A DNA stretch of 64,000 bases from an uncultured Collinsella sp. (GTDB taxonomy: Bacteria > Actinomycetota > Coriobacteriia > Coriobacteriales > Coriobacteriaceae), in the NCBI GenBank assembly GCA_958435945.1, contig CAUBIC010000010.1:1967-65966 (forward strand), given 5' to 3'. The position numbers were made by a program, and so were the translations under genes. The notes below the pieces were generated by a model. It had not been told where the DNA came from. It did not search any database and worked only from the letters and a program-made list of their open reading frames with translations. Positions 57,505 through 64,000 of the stretch are shown one piece after another. Each line of letters starts with the position of its first letter. Position 1 is the stretch's first letter.

Positions 57505-58030
57505 TTACTGGCCGAATGTATCAGCGCCCCTCCATATGGGACGCTGCTTGCTGACAGCTCTAGTTATATCCAAATTCCATGCGTAATGCTACCTCGCCCC
57601 CGAACGGTCAACAAAGTGCGATGAACGGTATATCGCATATGATTCCCCATGATGCACTTCAGTTTCGTAAAGCAGATTTTCCTAGGTAAACGTTATTTTT
57701 CTAGGAAATCAAGCTTGAACATTCAAAGTTATCCATGATTCAAAATTGCATAGTGAAAACGGTTTTCTGCATATAAATGACGCTTGTCCTCGATTCAACC
57801 TACATTCGATTATATTCAGCTTACTATCATTCTTATTCATACATTCTCACCAGTTGAGTGAGGATATAGATCGCTTGCTCAAATCACCGGACGTTAGTGC
57901 TTCGGCTTGTCAGCGTAAGAAGTAGGTAAAGATACCGTTCACGAGATACGTCCGTGCCGGCGGTCGACTAAATTGAGACAATAGTGAATTAGAGTTAGGC
58001 TACCGTCCCCTGCGGGGACTGAACGGACAG

Positions 58031-60433
58031 ATGCATATGCCGAGCAAAATCGAAAAGAAGCAAAAGGCCGCTAAGCTGCGCAAGCCGCCGCGCGACTTCT
58101 CGTACACGCAAAACCGAGAGCTTAGCTGGCTGCGCTTTAACAACCGCGTGCTTGACGAAGCCTTCGACGAAACCGTTCCGCTGTTCGAGCGTCTAAAGTT
58201 CGTGTCGATTTTCGAGTCCAACCTCGACGAATTCCTTATGGTGCGCGTGGGCGGCCTGTCCGATCTGGCAGAGCTCAAAAAGCAGCCTGTCGACAACAAG
58301 AGCAATATGACCGCCTCCGAACAGGTCGATGCTGTCATGGCAGAGCTGCCCGGGCTCCTTACCCGTTGGGAGTCCATCTTTAAGAGCATCGAAGGCAAGC
58401 TCGACACCCTGGGCGTTCACCGCGCCCGCATCGATTCGCTTACGCCCGAGGAGCGCACCTTTGTAACCCGCTACTTCCAGGCCTACGTGTCGCCGGTTAT
58501 CTCACCGCTGGTCATTGACCCGCGCCATCCCTTCCCCAACCTGCGCAACGGCGCGCTCTATCTGGCTTGTGGCCTGGACGGCGTCACCGACGAGGGAAGC
58601 CTGCTCGGCCTGATCGAGATTCCCGCCTCGATGAACCGCGTGGTCGAGATTCCCTCGCCCGCCGGCACCTACTCCTATATCTTGCTCGAAGACGTTATCC
58701 TCGCCTGCCTCGACAGTTGCTTTGGCTCCTACAAGCCGCTGGATCGCGCGCTGATCCGCGTCACCCGCAATGCCGATATCGACCCGGACGGCGAGGGCGT
58801 CGAGGAGGAGGAAGATTACCGCCAGCACATGAAGCGCATCCTCAAGAAGCGCCTGCGCCTGCAGCCGGTGGTGCTCGCCGTATCGGGCTCACTCGAAAAG
58901 CCAACGCTCAAGACCATCCGCAAGGCGCTCGAGCTTTCTCGCCGCTCGGTCTTTACCTGCGATATCCCCCTTGGCCTTGGCTACGTCTTTGGCATTGAGG
59001 GTAAGATTCCCGAGCACCTGCGCAATGAGCTCCTCTTTACGCCGTTTAAGCCGCAGCCCAATCCCACCATCGATATGGCCCGCTCCATCCGCGAGCAGGT
59101 GCTGCAGCACGACAAGCTGCTCTTTTACCCTTACGAGGCAATGAACCCGTTCTTGGACCTGGTGCACGAAGCAGCCTATGACCCCGAGTGTATCTCGCTG
59201 CGCATCACGCTCTACCGTGTGGCAAAGCAGAGCCGTCTGTGCGAGTCGCTCATCGATGCTGCCGAAAACGGCAAAGAGGTCACGGTGCTCATGGAGCTTC
59301 GTGCCCGCTTTGACGAGCAAAACAACATCGAATGGGCCGAGCGCCTGGAAGAGGCCGGCTGCACCGTTATCTACGGCTCCGAGGGCTTTAAGTGCCACTC
59401 AAAGATCTGCCAGCTCACCTATCGCGAGGGCATGGCGCTTACCCGCCTGACGCTTTTGGGTACCGGCAACTTTAACGAGAAGACGGCCAAGCTCTACAGC
59501 GACTTTATGCTCATGACCGCGCATCCCGGCATCGGCGAGGACGCCAACCTGTTCTTCCGCAACCTGTCGCTGGGCAACCTGCGCGGCGACTACCGCTTCC
59601 TGGGCGTGGCGCCCGTGGGCCTCAAGCCGCTCATCATGCGCGGCCTGGACCGCGAGATTCAGCGCGCCCTTGTCGGCGAGCCCGCCCGCGTGTTCTTTAA
59701 GCTCAACTCGCTTACCGACCGCGAGGTCATCGACAAGATTGCCGAGGCATCGTGTGCCGGCGTGCGCGTGGACATGATCATTCGCGGCATCTCGTGCCTC
59801 AAGCCCGGTGTTCCGGGCAAGACCGAGAACGTGCACGTGCGCTCCATCGTCGGACGCTTTTTGGAGCATGCGCGCGTCTATGCCTTTGGCGTGGACTCGG
59901 ACATGATCTACCTGAGCTCGGCAGACATGATGACGCGCAACACCGAGCACCGCGTGGAGATCGCCTTCCCCGTGCTCGACCCCACCTGCCGCGCCCTAGT
60001 GCACGAGTACATGGGCATGCAGCTGCGCGACAACGTGAAGGCACGCAGCCTGACGAGTGACGGCACCTGGGTTCCGGTGGAGCGCAAAGAGGACGAGAAA
60101 CCCTTCAACTCGCAGGAAGCTCTGCTGGAGCGCGCGTATCGCAACGCCGAAGCCGACACCGAGGCAGAACCCGCGCTCGCATCCCAGCCTGAGCCCGAGC
60201 CGCAGCCGGCCGCTCCCGAGGTCCAGAAGGTCCAAGCGACCGTTATCGAGCCCGAACCTGCTCCCGCAGTCCAACCTCAGGCACCCACAACAACCCCCGA
60301 GAGCAACGCGTGTCACAAGAAGCCCGCTGGCAAAGCCAAGGCCATCGAGCGCCATCGCCCCGGCCGCGTGCGCATGGGCTTGGGTCTGATCGGCCTAGGC
60401 CTTAAGACGCTCATTACCGGCAAGACGAAATAG
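58031..60433 (+). CDS. ppk1: polyphosphate kinase 1 with ~95-aa C-terminal extension
   Basis: NRELSWLRFNNRVL N-terminus and two PLD-like HKD-type domains (CHSKICQ, GRFLEHARV). Confidence 0.93.
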   Translation: MHMPSKIEKKQKAAKLRKPPRDFSYTQNRELSWLRFNNRVLDEAFDETVPLFERLKFVSIFESNLDEFLMVRVGGLSDLAELKKQPVDNKSNMTASEQVDAVMAELPGLLTRWESIFKSIEGKLDTLGVHRARIDSLTPEERTFVTRYFQAYVSPVISPLVIDPRHPFPNLRNGALYLACGLDGVTDEGSLLGLIEIPASMNRVVEIPSPAGTYSYILLEDVILACLDSCFGSYKPLDRALIRVTRNADIDPDGEGVEEEEDYRQHMKRILKKRLRLQPVVLAVSGSLEKPTLKTIRKALELSRRSVFTCDIPLGLGYVFGIEGKIPEHLRNELLFTPFKPQPNPTIDMARSIREQVLQHDKLLFYPYEAMNPFLDLVHEAAYDPECISLRITLYRVAKQSRLCESLIDAAENGKEVTVLMELRARFDEQNNIEWAERLEEAGCTVIYGSEGFKCHSKICQLTYREGMALTRLTLLGTGNFNEKTAKLYSDFMLMTAHPGIGEDANLFFRNLSLGNLRGDYRFLGVAPVGLKPLIMRGLDREIQRALVGEPARVFFKLNSLTDREVIDKIAEASCAGVRVDMIIRGISCLKPGVPGKTENVHVRSIVGRFLEHARVYAFGVDSDMIYLSSADMMTRNTEHRVEIAFPVLDPTCRALVHEYMGMQLRDNVKARSLTSDGTWVPVERKEDEKPFNSQEALLERAYRNAEADTEAEPALASQPEPEPQPAAPEVQKVQATVIEPEPAPAVQPQAPTTTPESNACHKKPAGKAKAIERHRPGRVRMGLGLIGLGLKTLITGKTK

Positions 60434-60442
60434 ACGTTTGTA

Positions 60443-60490
60443 GAAGCGCCCCGTATTTGAGGAATGCCCCAGATACGGGGCGCTTTTCCC
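60443..60490 (+). terminator. rho-independent terminator of ppk1
   Basis: GAAGCGCCCCGTAT / ATACGGGGCGCTT stem followed by TTCCC. Confidence 0.6.
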
Positions 60491-60534
60491 TGCTACCATG
60501 GTTGCGGACAATACCGCGAATGACAGGCAGGAAC

Positions 60535-61848
60535 ATGAAGCTCACCATAGAATCGATGACGTACGGCACCGACGGTCTGGCACATGCCGACAACGGCAAG
60601 GCCACATTTGTGCAAGGCGCCGTGACGGGCGACACCGTCGAAGCCGAGGTCGTGCAGGACGGCAAGTCGTTTATGCGCGCCCGCACGACCGAGATTCTGG
60701 AGCCAAGCCCCGATCGCATTCAGCCCCCCTGCCCCTTCGTGGGCATCTGCGGCGGTTGTTCGTGGGGCAATCTCTCGCGCACCGCTCAGCTTGCCGCCAA
60801 AGAGCAAAACCTGCGCTCCACGCTCGAGCGCATTGGCAAGTTCACCCCCGACCAGGTCAACGAACTTGTCCAGCCTATCCGCCACACCAAGGACGACTGG
60901 GGCTACCGCAATAAAATTGAGTTGGAGCCCGCCCTCGTTAACGGACGTGTGCGCCTTGGCATGCACGGCGTCGATCCCAGTAAGATCGTGACTGTCGATG
61001 CATGCCCGCTGTTCGATAAGCGTTTTCCCAAGGCACTCAAATCGGTCGTCGGCGCGCTCAACTATCTGAGCGGCAGCCACGACCTGGGTCTGGAGCGCGT
61101 GGGCATTCGCGCTTCGCGTCGCACCAAGGCGCTCGAGATCGCGCTTTGGACGCCCACAGGCTCCTTCCCGCGCTCGCAGGTCTCGCGCGTGCTGGCAGAC
61201 GCCGCACACCCCACGAGCGTCGTGCGCGTCATGAGCAAGGGCGAGAAGAAGGCCCGCCGCGTTTCCAAGGTGGAGATGCTCGCCGGTGAGGGCTCGTGGA
61301 CCGAGAACATCGCTGACGGCCAGATGCGCTTGTCCGCCCCATCGTTTTTCCAGGTCAACACCAAGGGTGCCGAGATTTTGATCGAGCTCGTTATGGACGC
61401 ACTCGATCCGCAGGAAGACGAGCTTGCCGTGGACCTGTACTGCGGCGCCGGCACCTTTACCCTGCCGCTCGCCCGCCGCTGCGACTTTGTTGCCGCCGTC
61501 GAGGCCTACGGTCCGGCCGTGCGCGACCTGCGCCGTAACCTCGAGATCAACAAGCTCGACAACGTCGACGTCATCGGCGGCGATGCCGTGCGCGAGTTCC
61601 CCGACCAGGATGCCGATGTCCTGGTGGTCGACCCGCCGCGTGCAGGTCTGGCGCCCGAGGCCATCGACCTCATCGCCAGCACGAGTGCGCGCGATGTCGC
61701 CTATGTGAGCTGCGACCCTGCCACCCTGGCACGCGACCTTAAGCGCTTTGTCGAGGAAGGCACCTTCTCCCCCGTCAAGATCACACCGGTCGACCTGTTC
61801 CCGCAAACCTTCCACTGCGAAACCGTCGTCCACCTCAAGCGCAACTAG
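60535..61848 (+). CDS. RumA/TrmA-family 23S rRNA (uracil-5)-methyltransferase with TRAM domain and Fe-S cluster
   Basis: TRAM N-terminus, the cysteine motif CPFVGICGGCSW, the SAM motif DLYCGAGTF, and the C-terminal DLFPQTFHCE. Confidence 0.88.
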   Translation: MKLTIESMTYGTDGLAHADNGKATFVQGAVTGDTVEAEVVQDGKSFMRARTTEILEPSPDRIQPPCPFVGICGGCSWGNLSRTAQLAAKEQNLRSTLERIGKFTPDQVNELVQPIRHTKDDWGYRNKIELEPALVNGRVRLGMHGVDPSKIVTVDACPLFDKRFPKALKSVVGALNYLSGSHDLGLERVGIRASRRTKALEIALWTPTGSFPRSQVSRVLADAAHPTSVVRVMSKGEKKARRVSKVEMLAGEGSWTENIADGQMRLSAPSFFQVNTKGAEILIELVMDALDPQEDELAVDLYCGAGTFTLPLARRCDFVAAVEAYGPAVRDLRRNLEINKLDNVDVIGGDAVREFPDQDADVLVVDPPRAGLAPEAIDLIASTSARDVAYVSCDPATLARDLKRFVEEGTFSPVKITPVDLFPQTFHCETVVHLKRN

Positions 61849-61883
61849 ACAGTTTGCCCGAGACCACGCCCGATGATTTTTCT

Positions 61884-61943
61884 GGGACGGGGATTAAATA
61901 ATCAATTTGTACCGAATGATTATTTAATCCCCGTCCCTTTTTA
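61884..61943 (+). terminator. long-stem rho-independent terminator
   Basis: GGGACGGGGATTAAATAATCA / TGATTATTTAATCCCCGTCCC 21-bp perfect arms followed by TTTTTAA. Confidence 0.75.
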
Positions 61944-62027
61944 AACATTGGGAAATCGAGCGTGGCAAGCGCATGTCTTCGGGGTATAAGACGGCTAATT
62001 GTATGCCGCCTTACGAAAGGAACCCTC

Positions 62028-62570
62028 ATGCCCAGCGTTGCCGTTCTCGCCGCCGATGGCTTTGAAACGATTGAATGTCTGACCATGGTCGATGTCATGC
62101 GTCGCGGCGGCGTGCGCGCCACGCTCGTCTCGATCATGCCCACGCGCGAGGTCGTGAGCTCGCTGCAGATCCCCGTGACCTGCGATGTGCTCTTTGACGA
62201 GATCGACTTTGACGAGTACGACTGCGTCGTGCTGCCCGGCGGCCTGCCCGGTGCCACCAACCTGCGCGCCGACCAGCGCGTCTGCAACGTAGTCTGCGAT
62301 TTCGCCGCGACCAAGCACGTTGCCGCCATCTGCGCCGCCCCGTTTATCCTAGGCGAGCTTGGTCTACTCGAGGGACGCCGCGCCACGTGCTTCCCCGGCT
62401 TTGAGAAGAGCTTCCCCGAGGGCACCTATACCGGCGAGAAGGTCACGCAAGACGGCAATATCATCACTGCCAGCGGCATGGCACAGTCACTCCCCTTTGC
62501 CTTGGAGCTGCTGCGCACGCTCGCCGGCGAAAAGGCCGTCGAGAAGGTCGCCGAGGGCATCCAACTATGA
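62028..62570 (+). CDS. DJ-1/PfpI family protein
   Basis: VAVLAADGFE...AAICAAP (nucleophile elbow Cys). The ATG at 62028 follows GAAAGGAA. Confidence 0.85.
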   Translation: MPSVAVLAADGFETIECLTMVDVMRRGGVRATLVSIMPTREVVSSLQIPVTCDVLFDEIDFDEYDCVVLPGGLPGATNLRADQRVCNVVCDFAATKHVAAICAAPFILGELGLLEGRRATCFPGFEKSFPEGTYTGEKVTQDGNIITASGMAQSLPFALELLRTLAGEKAVEKVAEGIQL

Positions 62571-63148
62571 TTTTGGCTTCGCAATCGCCGCGCCGCATAG
62601 AGCTGATGCGCGAGGCGGGCTATAACATTCGCGTAATTCCCGCAGACATCGATGAAACGCCTTTTGATGGCGAAGCTCCGCTTACGCTCGTCGAGCGCTT
62701 GGCGCGTGCCAAAGCTGCTGCCGTCGCGGCCGAGCATGCCGAACCCAATGAGTTGACCGTCGCGGCCGATACTATTGTCACCTTTGACGGCCAAATATTG
62801 GGTAAGCCGGCAAACGAGGACGAGGCGCGCACCATGCTCCGCGAGCTTTCGGGCCGCACGCACCAGGTGGCGACCGGCGTCTGCATCGTTAAAGCCGGCG
62901 ACGCTACAGCTCCGCATGCCGCCGAGAGCCTGTCGTTTGTCGATGTGACCGACGTGACGTTCTACGAGCTCACCGACGAGCAGATCGAGCGCTACGTCGC
63001 CTCGGGTGAGCCCATGGACAAGGCCGGCGCCTACGGCATTCAGGGCACAGGCGGACGCATGCTCGTGCACGATATTTCGGGTGACTTCTACAACGTGGTG
63101 GGCTTGCCCATCGCTCGCGTCGCACGCGCGATTCAAAAACTCTCGTAA
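62567..63148 (+). CDS. maf: Maf-family nucleoside triphosphate pyrophosphatase
   Basis: ILASQSPRRIELM N-terminus and AGAYGIQG. There is a 4-nt ATGA overlap with the upstream gene. Confidence 0.9.
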   Translation: MILASQSPRRIELMREAGYNIRVIPADIDETPFDGEAPLTLVERLARAKAAAVAAEHAEPNELTVAADTIVTFDGQILGKPANEDEARTMLRELSGRTHQVATGVCIVKAGDATAPHAAESLSFVDVTDVTFYELTDEQIERYVASGEPMDKAGAYGIQGTGGRMLVHDISGDFYNVVGLPIARVARAIQKLS

Positions 63149-63156
63149 TTGCATCT

Positions 63157-63190
63157 GGCGCTGGGTATCCCCCAGCGCCTACAATTTTGC
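63157..63190 (+). terminator. putative terminator of maf
   Basis: GGCGCTGGG / CCCAGCGCC stem followed by TACAATTTTG. Confidence 0.45.
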
Positions 63191-63248
63191 CGTACCGTAC
63201 GGATCCCGACCGGGCATAAGGCCCGGCGGAAAACCGATAGGAGAAAAT

Positions 63249-64000
63249 ATGGACACGCTGCTCGAAGCCATCGATGTTTGCAATGTCGATGGCTTTTGCT
63301 TTGGCAACTATACGGACGAGGAGGCTGGCACCGGCTGTACCGTAATCGTGGCGCCCGAGGGTGCCACTGGTGGCGTTGACGTACGCGGTGGCGCCCCCGC
63401 TTCGCGCGAGACCGATTTGCTGCGTCCCGAGAACACCGTCGACAAGGTCCACGCCGTCTGCCTTTCGGGTGGATCTGCCTTTGGCCTCGAGGCTGCAAGC
63501 GGCGTCGCTCGCGAGCTTGAGAGCCGCGGCATCGGCCTTCCCGTCGGCCCCACGCAGGTGCCTATCGTGTGCTCCAGCTGCATCTTCGACCTCGCCTTTG
63601 GCGATCCCACCGTGCGCCCCGACATAGAGGCCGGCATCGCCGCCGTGCGTGAGGCACTCGACAACACCCCCACCACGCTCGAGCAGGGCAATGTAGGTGC
63701 CGGCACGGGTGCCACCGTCGGAAAGCTCATGGGGCCCGCCACCTGCATGAAGGCAGGCCTTGGCGCTGCCGCCGTGGCGCTCGGCCCCATCAAGGTGGGC
63801 GCCGTGGTCTCGGTCAACGCCTGTGGCAACGTTGTCGACCCCTTCACTGGCGAATGGGTCGCCGGCATGCGCGCCGCAGCCGATAGCGAGCAGATCGTCG
63901 ACATGGAGCTCGCCGCCTTTGCCGCCGCAGGCTCTATGCAGATGCCGCTCGACCGCACCAACACCACCATCAGCTGTATCGTCACCAACGTGGAGCTCAC
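63249..64000 (+). CDS. P1 family peptidase (DmpA/S58 aminopeptidase-like), 3'-truncated at window edge
   Basis: Absent from the ORF track because it has no stop in the window. The ATG at 63249 follows AGGAGA. The translation MDTLLEAIDVCNVDGFCFGNYTDEEAGTGCTVIVAPEGATGGVDVRGGAPASRETDLL...LSGGSAFGL is typical of DmpA/S58. Confidence 0.8.
   Translation, partial: MDTLLEAIDVCNVDGFCFGNYTDEEAGTGCTVIVAPEGATGGVDVRGGAPASRETDLLRPENTVDKVHAVCLSGGSAFGLEAASGVARELESRGIGLPVGPTQVPIVCSSCIFDLAFGDPTVRPDIEAGIAAVREALDNTPTTLEQGNVGAGTGATVGKLMGPATCMKAGLGAAAVALGPIKVGAVVSVNACGNVVDPFTGEWVAGMRAAADSEQIVDMELAAFAAAGSMQMPLDRTNTTISCIVTNVEL

Overview
This window is core chromosome from a high-GC (about 60%) Gram-positive bacterium. 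The division gene set is actinobacterial in type (sepF and divIVA present, no ftsA), and the organism is possibly Coriobacteriia-like; that guess is unverified. I found no rRNA, tRNA, CRISPR, transposase, prophage or recognisable defence or biosynthetic system. Gene content from left to right: rpiB (partial), ndk, argH and argG, a HAD hydrolase, polA, an M18 aminopeptidase, yaaA, a TPP riboswitch with thiC and thiD, an SGNH hydrolase, a microbial PARG-like macrodomain protein, a BI-1/YccA membrane protein, and a PiT phosphate transporter with its DUF47 partner. Next comes a nitroreductase and then one long minus-strand division/cell-wall block: mraZ-rsmH-ftsL-ftsI-murF-mraY-murD-ftsW-murG-murC-murB-ftsQ-ftsZ | pgeF-pstSCAB-phoU-yggS-sepF-yggT-divIVA. 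This is followed by xerD, pyrG, a small wHTH protein, DUF1846, an arginine deiminase cluster (two arcA copies, arcB, a YfcC/DcuC-type transporter and an aminotransferase), ppk1, a RumA-type RNA methyltransferase, DJ-1/PfpI, maf and a partial DmpA/P1 peptidase. Points worth a second look: (1) two nucleotide-identical arcA copies whose identity stops at the CDS edges, while their roughly 450-bp AT-rich control regions are only paralogous. (2) The pst-phoU operon sits inside the ftsZ-distal division cluster, with a pgeF/pstS start-stop overlap and a Pho-box-like direct repeat upstream of pgeF. (3) yggT follows sepF in the same frame, and no canonical start codon covers its first transmembrane helix. 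(4) A BIME-like tandem array of palindromic units and a second dispersed palindromic repeat family are present. (5) The PARG-like protein carries QEA in place of the QEE catalytic signature. (6) murE is absent from the dcw cluster. All calls come from reading the sequence and the ORF track, with no database search. Coordinates of hairpins and motifs may be off by 1-2 nt.
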